Source of the DNA: Harriotta raleighana | Taxonomy: Eukaryota | Length of the DNA stretch: 64,000 bases | Reading direction: 5' to 3' | Assembly: GCA_050575255.1 (NCBI GenBank) | Contig: JBNZDD010013696.1 | Span: 3,863,557-3,927,556 of the forward strand | Shown: positions 38,776 through 52,769 of the stretch, piece after piece | Layout of the letters: every line of letters begins with the position of its first letter | How positions within the stretch are numbered: position 1 is the first letter of the stretch | The notes under the pieces: model-generated | Database searches by the model: none | What the model saw: only the letters and a program-made list of their open reading frames with translations | Told to the model about the DNA's origin: nothing | Position numbers and translations under genes: made by a program

Positions 38776-41700
38776 ACAATCCCAGGGTGTGCAGTCCGCG
38801 CACTTTCGCCCCAGAGGATCCACGCTTATCTGACTGCATAGCGTTCAGGGGCAAATTGGAGTTGGGACACCCACAGGGTGTATTGTGGCAGCTCTGAATC
38901 CCACTGGGGAAAAAATACAAGCTGAGCCATTGGGAAACCTTAGAGAAGAACTGTCCTGAGCGCGCTCCCTGTGCTAACAGCTTTAGTGAGTCTTAATAGG
39001 ACTGAGCGAGTAGCGACAAGCCCATATGAGTCAGGACTTTTAATCAGGGAGCATCTGTTCTGAAATTCCAACACACCATCCATGTATGGATCACATATGA
39101 ACACAAGCTGTTCCTCCTTATAAACACTAGATTATTTATAAACCCATGATGTATCAAATATACGATGGATATGTGATTGCTGTCAGGTGCGGTGAGCAAC
39201 TTATTCACCAAGGATCCAAATCCAGTGACTGAAGAAGAGCAATCTTAGTCTTGATAACAATAACTTGAACAATGTGTGTGTGTGTATACATGAGCCCCGT
39301 ATAGCTCAATTGAACCACATCTATACATTTGTTTCACAAAGTGAAATTTATTCCTGTATAGACAAGTTAGCACAGATTTTCAGCGGAGGAGACACCTTTA
39401 ATGCGTGCACACCTAATTCCACTATGGAATCCATTCCTCTGTCTGTTAGTTATTGCTTGCACAAAACACAAGCCCACAAATAAAATTTTGAATTGGAAAA
39501 TACGTCATATTGTGGTTATGCTTTTGACTTAAAACCACATTTAACCCCTGAGATAACTATTTAGCTATTTGGTTTTAGGTTGTTTTATCAGAATTGTACT
39601 TTGCTTATCTGATTGAACATCTAACTTGTCTTAAGGTATGATCAATTATTATTTCTATTTTCCGATGAAAAAAAATTGTATTTTGTTTTCAGTTTTTGAA
39701 ATGAAGTATTTATTTCAAAGGGGAGAATGTCTTTGACACAAATTTCACAAGTTAGTTTATCTAAACTGTCCCATGTTATGAGGAAGTAAAATGTACATAG
39801 TCATTCTTTGTCATTGTAAAGAGAATTGTTAACTTTGTTTCAAGCAAATGAATATTCACAGTGACTTTAAGACACGACAGGGGTAGGTTTGACTTTGATC
39901 CTTGTCTCTATTTGTGATTACTTTAATTGTTGAGTTCCATAATGCTTTTCCCCTAGAGAAAATCTTACGTAATGGTTAAGTCACCTCCTTAAGGTATTGT
40001 GTTGTGCTGGTAAAGTGTTTAATATGCAATTACTGTATGTCTTTTTTTTCTATTTTACTGTTAAAGCATTCTCTCTGGTGTGCCTTATAGCAGTTTTGCA
40101 GTCGTTCAACAAGGGATTAAATGGCTGTAGTTGGAGTGATCAATAGGTTAAGAACAGTACAAATCACTCTTGCTGCTAATGACCTCTGTAGTAATGTGTA
40201 ATAAAGTGTGTGCTATAATAGCCTACTGCCAATGCTCCATGCTCTTTGATTTCTGACATTAGTTACTACACAAAAGGCCATAGGACAGTGCATCAGCATT
40301 TACAATGTGAGCTGTTTTCCTCTCCCCCGCCCCCCCACCCCACCACCACCTGGGAAAAAAAAGGCAGTGAACTTGGTGCCCAAGCATTTGAATGGAAATT
40401 AACTGCTGCCGTGTAGGTATGAGAGAGATCTGCATAGAGTTTAGGATGTGCCATTGTCTGACCTTCATCAGTGATTTAAGTTCGTCAAGATTAGTGATGC
40501 TGAGAAATCAGGACATCAGTGCATAATGACTGTGAAATTAGGAAAATGAATGCACTATGCAAATGGCAAGAGAAACCAGTCAAGGTGCTGGGTTAGAAAC
40601 GGTAAAATGAAATAAAATGCTGTTAAAAACAGAGAGGCTTAAATTGTACTTCTGCACCATGACACCGAAGAAGTTTGCTGTTCACTGAACTCTGTATTTA
40701 TGGGTTTTTGTTATTCAATAGCTTTTTAAATCCTTTCTCTGGTGCAGACCTATATTTAGATTGGGAAAATATTCCCCCAGGAAGGCACAAAGCTGTAGAT
40801 CAGTTTACACTTCCATCTCCCTACCTTGGTGGTGATCAATGGAAGTTTGCATCCGGGTGTGACGTACATGTAAAACCAAATAGAATTCAGGACCAAGATT
40901 GTAAGCAACACATCTGTAAAATAATAGGCAGGACGACATTCTGAGAAGACACATTTTCTTTCACAAGGATTTTAAAAGCTGTGCCACAATCCGGGAGACT
41001 TTAATGAATATTTCAGGCTGTAGAAGATATTACGAAATAGATCTTCCCTGGTTTGCATTGTTTTCAAAACCGGATTAAAGATAAGTCCTGCTTTCCAATG
41101 AGTTTAAAAAAAATTGAGAGTCCAGTATTCTGGAGTTTCCACAGCAATGTAGTGATTGATTTGAATAGCTGAATTACATTCGACAAACATGTAAAATTTA
41201 TAGGATTGTCATTAAATATAAGCTTGGATACAACTGTGCTAACCCTGTTCGAGACGTACTGTCATTTTAATGTCCACTTCATTATCAGAACAAGAAATCA
41301 TCCTTCACAGGCAATGTGCAGGTTACTCGGTTTCAGCTGAGAAAGATCTCTGTGGACATGTGAACAGTTGCAAATGTGAAAAGCTATCAAGTTCATCACT
41401 GTAGCTGTTTGTCACTAAAATGTCACTGAGAAGAGTTGTTAAGGTTATGTCAGTAATATGAAAAAAACCCCAGCAGTATCTTCATGCAGGTAGATTCAGA
41501 TCAGAATATGACTACACTGTAGCTGCTTTCATCTGAAGATACGATCAGACGAATGCAATTACGACTTGTGTTTTTAAGGATAGCGATATTGCTTCTGTTT
41601 GTTGTTCATTTGCACACAGAACGCGATTAACCCCCAAAAATCTCCTGCATTACAGGATGTCATTTTGAAACTCGGAAGTTAAACATTGCATTTAAAAGTC

Positions 41701-42041
41701 ATTTCATTTTAAATATTTTCAAAAATGACAGAAAACTGGCTTGAAATTTCAGGCCGTGCTCGCTGAAATCTGGATGCTCCAAAACACTGCGTATATATAA
41801 AAAACATAAGTAAATCTACACCCAGGTAAAATGTGCCACTGACACTCTCCACTGAAAGAGGCATAAAATCGTGCTGTCGGGCTCCGTGTTTGTCAAGCGC
41901 AGAGTTGGGAAGAAATAGGGAGCGCAGAGTGGAGCCCACTGCCCATAGCAAACGTGGGGCATATTTGGATTTTTTGTTTGCCTTTGCTACCCCCAAAAAT
42001 CTACAAAGTCTGCAAACGATTCCGTTCACAAACTGCTTTGA

Positions 42042-42317
<276 letters not shown>

Positions 42318-42327
42318 TGAAACAGCG

Positions 42328-42653
42328 CCTGTAGCTCTGTAGTTAGAGCACTCGCTTTACAAGCGTGAGACCTGTGTTTGAATCCAGGCAGGTCAGGGTG
42401 AAACCTTGGGCAAGTTTCTTTACTCCACACGCCTAGTAATAATAATCCCTCCAAAAAAAATTCAATAATAAAATTGGTAATAAAATAATAAAATTTCAAT
42501 CCACGATTGTTTGTGGGACACTGCTGTGTGCAATCTCTGCCGCGTTTCACCCACAAATATACAGTCAATTTCCTTTACAGTATATTCTGTGAGACGTCCA
42601 GAAGACGTGAAAAGCGCTATATCAAATGCAAGGATTATAATTATTATTATTAT
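42328..42653 (+). mobile_element. Full-length tRNA-derived SINE
   Basis: CCTGTAGCTC..GTTAGAGCACTCGCTTTACAAGCGTGAGACCTGTGTTTGAATCCAGG...ATCAAATGCAAGGATTAT. Confidence 0.9.
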
Positions 42654-42814
42654 TTCACATCAGAAGGATGACTTGAACTGTGTTGCAGGATTTGCTGTTT
42701 TGTGCTGACTGTTTTATAGGCAAACGTGTCTGCTAGTCTGCGCACAGCCACATCCTCACAAACATTCATGAATGAATGATCCAATTTTTATTTAAGGGAA
42801 TGTTGGCCCAAAAA

Positions 42815-42915
42815 AATAGTTAATTTCACTTGACAGTATATTCTGTGAAGCACTTTGAAACGTTTCAAAGACAAGATGAGGCACTATGTAAAATGTAGGG
42901 ATTATTATTATTATT
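42815..42915 (+). mobile_element. SINE 3' stub
   Basis: CAGTATATTCTGTGAAGCACTTTGA...(ATT)5. Confidence 0.7.
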
Positions 42916-43458
42916 CTTGACCAGTGTCTTTAACGTCTGCTTGAATGAACAGCCTTAATGTCTCATCTGAAGGATGGCACCTCCAACAACTCAGTGGACA
43001 TCCAGCTTTATAATGGAGGGTTGGCCTATACTTATGGGTTCCCTGCCTCCTCGCCTCTGACCCCCTATGCTCACCCAAACCACCACCACCAAGCCTCCCA
43101 AAACTCATCTGCGCTTTAATCTAGGAGTCAACTGGTGGGCTGTTGTTTCGTGGAGTTCATGTGCTTAATCAAGTAGACGAGGGAAGAGCGGTCAAACTGG
43201 TAGTTATTTGGTCCAATTGAAACCGAAGCCAAACGCACAAAACATTTAATTCTTCTCAAAATAAAAATATAAGCTTTGATTGATTGAACTGCGGTAAATA
43301 TCGTTCCTTCCCCATGGTATTTTTGAGTGTGCAGACTTCTGCACCAGCCTCCACCAGTCAGCTATTTTATCCTTTTCTCAACTCCACTGCACTTGCTCTC
43401 TGAGTCTTTCAGTGGCTTTAGTTAGAGACCCTTGTTCTTACTTTTAAATACCTCCGTG

Positions 43459-43497
43459 GCCTCAGCATACCCTACCTCAGCATACCCTACCTCAGCA
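43459..43497. repeat. 15-bp tandem duplication CCTCAGCATACCCTA (about 2.5 copies)
   Basis: Direct read. Confidence 0.85.
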
Positions 43498-43534
43498 CTA
43501 AAACCCCTCACTTTGATGAGCACTAAATAAAACT

Positions 43535-43740
43535 ATTGTAATGACAATTACAACTTGCATTTATATAGCGCCCTCCACGCTACGCGACGTCTCACAATGC
43601 TTAAGAATGGCAGAGCCCGAGGCTGAGCCAGGGGGAGGTGACTAAGCGTGGTCAAAGAGTAAGGTCTTCAGGTGCGACCTGAATATGGGGGAAAGAATGG
43701 GTTGAGGGAGGGAGTTCTGCAGATTCAGGGCACATTGTCT
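43535..43740 (-). mobile_element. Decayed L2 3' fragment
   Basis: ACAACTTGCATTTATATAGCGCCCTCCACG followed by a purine-rich inverted L2 3' region similar to 18085-18305. Confidence 0.6.
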
Positions 43741-45691
43741 GAAACTGAATTGTGCAGCATCGCTTGAGATGATTACATTTCTACACAAATATCCCACAAT
43801 ATTTTCGGGCTAAATCGCATTGTCGTTTGTCTGGAAGAGATGCCAATGTTTGGTTCTCAGTAGCATTTTACACTGTCGTGCTCGCTTTTCCCTCTGCTGT
43901 GTTTAAATCACAGTTCTATTTCTGTATTGCTGTAATTGCATATTCCAAAAATACCCAATAAGGCAGCCCGTCAGTATAACCCTGTCTGGTATCCCGTGAC
44001 CTCTGATATAACACACATTGTTTTATTGCTCCTCCATTAATAGAGAAACCATATAAAACACTCGCGGCTACATTTTGTTCAAGGCTTAGCTTCTGCTTCT
44101 AGGCATGCGTGATGTTTACTGCAGTAAAAGGGTTAATCAGAGCTCCGGCAGTAATGGCACACATGTTGAAAGAGGAATAAAAGGCAGTATTGTGAGTGAC
44201 GCCAGTCTTGTCCTTTAAGAAACAGAAGTTCAGTCATGCTTTTATTTGTACATTGCAGTGTACATTTTTTCTCTTACACCGCTGTGTTACAGAGGTCATA
44301 ACTGAGGCAGGGATGGATGAAATCAGACCTCTGAAATCCAGTCTGTTTGAGCTGATTTCTTGAACTTTGAATTAGTGCCATTGCAAACCAGATCCACCTC
44401 AGGGGGTTTGGCTTCACACAGGCATTGATTAGGAAGCATTCCAGTGTAACCTGCACTGGACTTGATCCAGAATCACCATACATACCCTCTCCTTCTTACT
44501 GTAACAACAACAAAACTACAACTAAACTACATTTATAGAGTGCCTTTCACATCGGGAGAACATCCCAAGGCCCTGGACTATGTTATCCACTACATTGTTC
44601 AGCTTACACTGGGAAAATCTAGCGCCAAGAGGTAACTCCAATAACAATCAACCTGTACACGTGATTTATAATTCAGCACAGGTGACGGCGTTGGGTTTTA
44701 GTATAATCATTTTATTAGATTTCACGAGGGCTGGCATTTCCCACTTAGTGTTTTTCTGGAGCCACTGCTCATACATATTAGCAGGTATGTTTTTTTTTTA
44801 AAAAGAGAGAGAAACGAGTTTTTACAAAGAGGCTTTGCTGCGATAATTAGAAAAATATTCCAAAAAATTGACAATAATTCAAGCCGTACTCAGGAGGCCG
44901 TATTTTCCTTTTCCCAATTAGTCGGAGCGACATCCTCTGAATTGGTAGTAGTTTGACTTAAACTGTGCTATGTAAACATCATGGATTTGGAGGGATTTAC
45001 GCACAGTGCCCCACACGCCCACCACATGGATTCTACACAGGCAGAATGTGAGGAACGAGAGTGAATTTGCGGCACGCTGATCAAAACTGACTTCAATTCC
45101 CTGTGAAAATGGAGCTTTTGTCAAATTCAGCTTTCAAGCGAATTTGCATCTTTTTTTCCAGTAGGATTCCTCCTGAAATAATGCCACTAATTCTGGTGCT
45201 GTGCCCTTGCACTAGCTACATTAGAGGAGGTTGACTGCTCTTGCTTACGGATCACTTTTGAGTGACCTGTTTAGAAAATTGCTAATAATTACTCCTGTGA
45301 AATATTGCATTGACTAGCCCTGCGATCCATTCTCAGCAAGGGCATCTCTCGCTCTCTCTCTCTCCCTCCCTCCCTCTCTTTACACTGTAAAAGCAAAAAG
45401 GTCACTTCTTGCCTTATTTTAATTAGTTAGTGTGGAAAATGGTATGTTTTTTCATCAGTTCATTTTGAAGATTAGTTCTGAAATGATAATGCTAAGAATA
45501 GTTTGTGCACCGCTGGATTTATTGGCAAGTTTTGATCTGAAAGGTCAGATGAACATTGATAAAGAGCACATGACCCAAGCATATACAGATATATATATAT
45601 ATTTTTGCAAATTACTGCTCACAAACAGCGACTGCAAAAAAAAATGCTTTTATTCTACGAAACAAATGTTTTATTTTCGACTCCACATTAA

Positions 45692-45895
<204 letters not shown>

Positions 45896-46204
45896 TAGTG
45901 AAGACTTTCCAGTGGCCTCCCAGCATTGTTTCCTTTCTGTTTTCTAATTCAGAGCAGCTTACGCATCAGCTGCAGTTCAGTGTGCATTAATGACTTGGGG
46001 ATGCAGGCGTCGAGATGGACAAAGAAATGATTATTGTGTACTCAAAAAGAAGTTCAAAGCCAGATGGGCAAATTTCATTTATTTCCCCCCAGCCCCACTC
46101 CCATCTTTTTCTCTCTTCCCCCCACTCCCCCGATACACATTTTTAGAGCATATAAATTAAACCAATTTTTTTTTAAAATCTTAACATCTGAGCAGAGTCT
46201 TCAA

Positions 46205-46350
46205 AGTTGCAGCTCTCTAATTAATGAACTGTGAGCTGCAGTTTGGACAAGTCGGGAGTTTGATGCCCTCATAAATCAACCTGACAGGCTGGGTTCTCCT
46301 GCTCAGACACCACTTGTCATTGAGTCACATCAGATGTAAACATGATTAAA
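46205..46350. promoter_or_regulatory. Candidate conserved non-coding enhancer with Pbx-Hox and Meis sites
   Basis: TCATAAATCA (reverse complement TGATTTATGA) at 46269 followed by TGACAG at 46283; TAATTAAT, TGAGTCA and GTAAACA nearby; non-repetitive sequence. Confidence 0.4.
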
Positions 46351-47949
46351 AAAGAGAGAATCTGAAGAAGGTGCAATTGATCAGCAGAATTGGTGGAAAA
46401 ACCAACTTTTGAAGCACATTATATATGATCACAGGAAATGGCTGTAACCTCGAGAGATTTTCCCCCCTTTTTTAAAAATAGAATTTCTAACAGCCTTCAA
46501 AAGTGGAATAGGAATTACTTAGCTTCTCTCCTGTGGTTTACAGGCCGTAGCCCCCTGTTGTTTCTTTGTGTAGCTTTCTTTTAACAGCATCAAAAGTTTT
46601 TTTTAAGATCCTTACCACTATATTTGAAGCCCAACAATTGAAAGACTGTCAGTGTCATTCTTATCAGATGTAAGGGATTGTGTTTTTGTTTCTTCCCAAT
46701 GCCGCATTTTATTAACCTTTAATTTGGTCTAATATGTTCAGTCTCGTATTGCTATGCAGATGTCCTGCGAGAACACACGTCAACGAAAAATTCAGATGGG
46801 ACTGGAAAAACATGTCAGGAAAAATTTTGAGTGCTTCAGATGCAGCTGTAGATATAAAGGGTTACTTTTTGTGAGCCTCCAAGAGCAATTACATAGCTGA
46901 CAATTTACATAAGAGCAATGGGGAGTAGCCCAGGGAAGGAAAGTGGACCTTTGACAACCATTTGAGGGGAGGGAAGTGAGGTACAAGTTTATCTGGATAT
47001 TTCAGTATTTCAACACTGATTACTGACCTGACAACAGAACTGTTGGGAGACCTTTTTTGTATGCATTCAATTGTAAGAAGTAAACAAACTGGGTTGTATC
47101 CTGTGTTTGATAACTGGGTGGGGAGTTCATTTTGGCAGCGTGTTTGGTGCTTTTAAATTCCTTGCTCTGACAATCGGTCTTGTATACTTTTATATCCTGA
47201 TTGATCATTTGTAAAACTGTGGGATTGATTCCCTCTCTCCCTTCCCATTTGACGTTTGTGTCATTCCAGACAAACATTGAATGAAAGTGAGGAGATTAGT
47301 TTTTCTAATGCGATATAATCTGAGATGCTAAAAAGATGCCACATTAGTGTAACTAACACTTTAATTGACTTTCCAGAATTGTTAGGGATGATTTGGATAA
47401 CATAATCAGAATTCATTATGATTTAGAGTAGATTCTAAATGTTAGATAATCTCCTTCCATCTACAGTTTTGTGGTAACGGCACAGCTTTTTATTATTTTA
47501 TCACTCAGATAATTAATCTAGGAAATCTGCAGAAAAGTTTTGACTGCATTTGGCCAATTTTCTAAATGACTGTATAAAATTTCTCAGCTTTTCTATAAAC
47601 CTCTGCTGACATTGTTTAGCTTATTGGTGCAATAAATTATCTCTTCATCAAACACTCGGTTCCTTTCAAAACAAGGCAAGCTGAAAACTATCAGTACATC
47701 TCATTTGCTCTTCAAATTAAGGATACAATTGAGATTATCAAATTTATTGCAGATATTTGGACTCTTATGGTTAGTGATTTTAATGGAGAGGCCTCTTTCA
47801 GCCGGCATTTATTTTTGTTTTTTTAAGGATGGGAAAAAAGGGGAAAGTTTAGAAATTCATATTTTTATTGAGTCGACAACCAATTTTTTGTAGTGAGCTG
47901 TTAAGGAGATCAATGTTCCATAACATGGCTTACTGCTGAATCCTCACTT

Positions 47950-48225
47950 TACAACAACAACAAAATTACACTTGTATAGTGCCTTTCATGTCAGTAGATC
48001 ATCCCAAGGCATGTGCCTTCAGTGTATAGTTTTCGCATCACAGCTAGTCACTCGATGGAACAATTTGATAACCTTTACTATCAACTGGAACATCACTGTA
48101 TGCAATTGGCTCCTGTGTTTCACCAAATATACACTCATTTCACTTTACAGTATATTCTGTGAAGCGCTTTGAGGCGTCTAGAAGACGTGGAAAGCATTAT
48201 ATCAAAGCAAGGATTGTTATTATTA
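47950..48225. mobile_element. L2-tail stub (-, 47950-48010) and SINE 3' part (+, 48090-48225)
   Basis: (AAC)n...TATAGTGCCTTTCATG; then CAATTGGCT...CACTTTACAGTATATTCTGTGAAGCGCTTTGAGG...GCAAGGATTGTTATT. Confidence 0.7.
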
Positions 48226-51104
48226 ACTTGCTTTTCACCTGACTAATGGGGGGTGGGGAGAATGGGACAGGAATGCTGTTTTCCCAATGTAATCCCAATA
48301 ATTAACATTTGTTTACATCTCTGCTGATTGGTGTGAATCTCTTGTTTTTGCTAACTCTATGAATCACACTTCAAAATTTATTGCATAGTTCTCGTTTTCC
48401 TAATTGTTGGAAGAACTTTTTTTTAAACAGTCTTGAGTTACTATCTTGAAATTAGCTTTGCCTCCTACTCTTTCTCTTGAAGTCTGTTTCACGTGCAAGA
48501 TTTCAATCCTAGAGCACACAAAAGAAACTGCGTGCATGCTTTTCTTGCATTTAAGAATTTAATGTGGAACTCCCCTAAGCTATTTCCTATATTGTACAGT
48601 ATCATGTGACTTCCTTGGTTTGCAAATACCTTCTCAGATCCACACCTATTTGGTTCTGTTTCTCCCATCCTTTTCATATTGCCCCTTTATAACTGTTCAA
48701 CGGTTTTATCAGTTTTCGAGTGTTGCCAAAGCATATTCTCCAGATAAAGCAGATCTTTCTGCAAGTTCTAACTTTGTAACTAGTCCCAATAATTTTTTTT
48801 CATGCAGGCTAAGGAATAGCTAAAATTTGTCAGATTATTCCCATTCTGAATAAACAAATTGGATGCCTTGTATACCCACAAAACATACAGTAACTGCACT
48901 CTGTAGCATATCTTGTGAAGTGCTTTGGAACGTCCTCCTGACACTGTCAGAATCAGAAATGTCTCGCTATCCTTGAAGGACTGCAATTGTAACTTGCGCT
49001 CCCTTTATTCAGCTCTTCAATTCCATTCTGTATCCCCTTTTGAGGGATGTTTTACTTAATATATTAATATAATATAATAAAAATAATAATGATTGCGTTA
49101 ATTGTTGCGCCTTTCATATTGGATGAACATCATAAAGCGCTTCACAGAATGTTACTGTATGGTGTAGTGGGGAGAACACCTATAATTTGCCCCTTCTTTA
49201 TTGCTTTGATTGTATTGTGCAGCCTCTTCTGAGGGATGTTGTCTTGTGCTTTATGCTGCTGAACACTGGTGCATGATTTTTCACAGTGACTGGGAGGTGG
49301 TCAGTTTGGGAGTTTGAAGAGATAGCTGAAATGTTCAGCCTGTTTGTAAATTGCATCACCTTCATTGTCGATTTGGCTATTGGCAACCTTTGGGTCCACT
49401 CGTGGAGTATTTCACTCCCCAATTCTAGCATTTATGCAGGAAAGCAAAAATGGTCTTGCAGATCAGCTACACTTGAGTGACTGAAATAAATGCAAAGTGT
49501 TCCTATTCCAGATCCCAGAATCCCTGAGGTGTCAATCAATTGGTAAGGAGATTGGTTGTATGTATTTCCTAATTCCTTCTGATTCCACTGGTTTGGTAGA
49601 CAAGTAAGACAGAACATGAATAATCTGTAATGCTCCCAAGTGATCCTGACAGCCATGTTCCCAGTACCTGTTCTCTGTCGGACAGACCACAAACGTTTTC
49701 TTCCAAAGGGATATATTTTCTCTCTCAACGTTTGAGAGAAGTGGAGCATCTGGTTTTCCCAACCAGCTAGCACCAGACTGACGCTGTTGAATATGCCACT
49801 AGCCGAACACTTTTGGTTAGAGGTAAACAAGAATCACTCGGTCGCAAGGAAATTATCGATTTGTTCTTTTGATTAGAACTGATTCGAAGAGACATGTTGA
49901 CAAAATTCACCTCATATCCTATTCTGCATGGATTCCCTATGATTCTGGGCTATTTAGTTCATCAAAGCCCAGTTCAGCTGTTTGTGTGTGTATACGTGTG
50001 TGTGTTAAGTTTTTTCAGTGCCTCATTATAAGGTTCTGTGGAGGCTGTTGTAGCTGGTGATGAAACTGTTGGAGTTGATCCCAAGTAGTTGGATTGTGAA
50101 CGAGTTCCTCTCAATGCATCCTCACTGACAAAATATTTCCACAGCTTAAATATCGCACTTCACACCTATTATTATATATGCGCTGCTCCCTGTCTTAGAA
50201 GGTCACCATCCTTGCGGTTGTGGTCTTAGCTAATCGAAGTCTTCCTTATCTCTAGATTTTCAGTGACGTGGTAATCTTCCAGCACAACTAAACTCTCAAG
50301 TTCTCTCTTATCACTCTTCGATTATAATAAAAACACAATACTGCAAATGCACTGCAGGTCAGTCAGCAGCTGGAAGAAAAAAAAATAGGTTAATGCCTCA
50401 CGGGGGTGGCTAATCATTCATCAGATGCTGTTTTTTTTTCAGCATAGACTGTTTTCGTTTCAAATTGCCACCACCTCTTTGAGTTTACTTTTCAACTTCA
50501 TTCTTCCTTCCTTTGCTTGCTTCTTGCAGACATGAAGTAGAGCACACATTTATTTTCTTGCGACATTGCATTCGGAATGTGTTTTGGGCCCGCGTATGAA
50601 CACATTTTTCAGCAACCACAAAAAAGACAGATTTTCTTCAAGGGTCACTGTTTGTGGAGTCACTTCGAGCAGGAGGGCATTGCATTACAGAAAGCCTCAT
50701 TTATTTCTCCCTAGTTTCTTACTGCTTTGGTCAGGGGTATTTTTTTCAAAAATCATAAGTTTTGATTTCACAGTTCAGTGCATAATATCTAGCTTTCTGT
50801 CAATTGATGTTTCTCACTTGCTATTGATTTAGAATTTGTTTTTCAAAATTAAATTAAAAGTCCCCCCTTTTTTTAATGGTAGAAAACGTTTTTTCCCTGA
50901 TTCAAATTAATGTATTAAAATTCCGATCACAAGATGGTAAGCAAATTAAAACTCGAACAGAAAAGCTTGATTTGGAAACAGTAGAATAGTTTAACAAAAA
51001 CCTAAATGGAATTACACAAGCTACATTCTGTATTAATGACTGCAATTACTTGTAGACCTGTTGCATTGCAAATTTCATTCTCCAGTTGTACTACGTCTTT
51101 GCAT

Positions 51105-51368
51105 TTTAAATCACCATTTAACCACATAGCTTAACACCATTGAAATGTTTCAAAGCACATCAGAATTTTCTGTAAAGTGTAGTGACTCAGTATTTGTAGA
51201 CTAAATTAGCTAATTTAATGACACAGCAATGGCCCATAAACAGCTGCGAGTTGAGTGACCAATTTTTAACTAGCGGACATGATCAGTACTCCCCCACCAC
51301 TACACTGGAGTGGTTTATGAGATCAGAGTCCTGACGTGGGCTTGAACCCACAACCTCCTGAATCAAAG
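51105..51368 (-). mobile_element. Decayed Deu-type SINE
   Basis: CAAAGCAC..CAGAA, ACAGCAATGGCCCATAAACAGC, TACACTGGAGTG and GGGCTTGAACCCACAACCTCCTGA match the inverted SINE. Confidence 0.55.
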
Positions 51369-52615
51369 GCACCACTCGATGTAGGGCTTGCGTAGGGAGT
51401 TATTTTGATTTGCTTTACTATTATACACAGTTCTGCTATCTGCTCCAGATCATTTGCCTTTGGTTGAATTCAAATTCTTATACTGAAACTTAGTTATAGC
51501 TAACTTTATTTAAAGAATCCAAAGTGGCCACTGGCAGTTTAATAACCAATAAGGGTCATCCAATGGATATAAATTTAATTAAGTTCAAAAAATTATAGTA
51601 CCACCAGCTACAGTGAAAATGAAACTAAGCCTTGTAGACTTTGATTTGATTCTGAAATCACTTTCAGGAGATGGTTTTGGAAGGGTGATTTGGCAGCCAA
51701 TTGTTGCCACTTTATTTGGCGTTCCTCTGAACTTTGTGTTGGTTTTATACTGAAGCCGTACTCAGTGGCCTTTTGAGATGTAAAACTGGGTCACTTTGGA
51801 GGTTGTGGAGCAAAACAGCTGGCTCAATTGGTGGAGAGACCAAATGGTCCTTTTTTCTTAATCAGTTGCATAGTTAAGTCAATTAATGGAGAGAAAACCA
51901 AACTCCTAAAAGTGAAATTGATAAATATAAGAACACTCTATACACTCAATCAATATCAGGGCTTTCTGAAACGGAATGACGTATTGGGACACCAATATTC
52001 GAGTCAGATGCTGTTTGCTAAATTATAAATGTCTGTAATTAAAATCCAGGGGCTGTTTCTATGAATGATTTAGTATGTTATTTCATGTTTTGTCATGCCT
52101 GATTAACAACATTAAATGAACTTTTTCTTCAGTTCTTTGACTTTTCCCATTTAGTTTTAAAGAGACATTGTCAAAAGAGTATTTTGTGGGGGGCCTTACA
52201 CGACATGCTTTCTTTCATGAAAAAGAGTAAGTGCATACCAAGTCTCACCCATGGGGTACTCTGAATAGGTTGGAAATATTTGGGAAAACTTTTTAAACTC
52301 TATAAAAGAATTTTACAGTAGAATTTATGGCAGGGCGAATTAGACACTGCCATTTCAGACCTTTACCTCCAGCCCTAAATTGACCATGTTTTACTTCGAA
52401 GAATTTTTCTTATAGAATTCTTCATAGTGCTGTGTGCTCCTTTCTCAGGTCTGAACTCACCCCGATTTGGTCTCTCTCCTGTTAAGCTCAACCTATGTCA
52501 TTTTATTTTATGATTATTTTAGTTTCTGTTAAGAGGGCATGGTTCTCGTGCGAAATGGATTGATATCATACAATGAATCATTAATCTGAAATATTTCCTC
52601 CTTTTCTTATTTTAG

Positions 52616-52769
52616 CAACATCAGCCATTGTCTCACCAGTTAGCTCTGCAGCAGCAACTTTTACAAGTGCAACAACTTCAGCAGCAACACATTATGACAT
52701 TGCAGCGTCAAGGCTTGCTCACAGTTCAGCAAGGACAGCCGACTCTCTCTCTACAAACACTGGCACAAG
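52616..52769 (+). CDS. FOXP1: FoxP1-like coding exon ([52 protein letters not shown]), 154 nt, phase 0/1
   Basis: Strong pyrimidine tract plus TAG ending 52615; donor AAG|GTAGGT at 52770. [19 protein letters not shown] is FOXP1-type. Confidence 0.94.
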
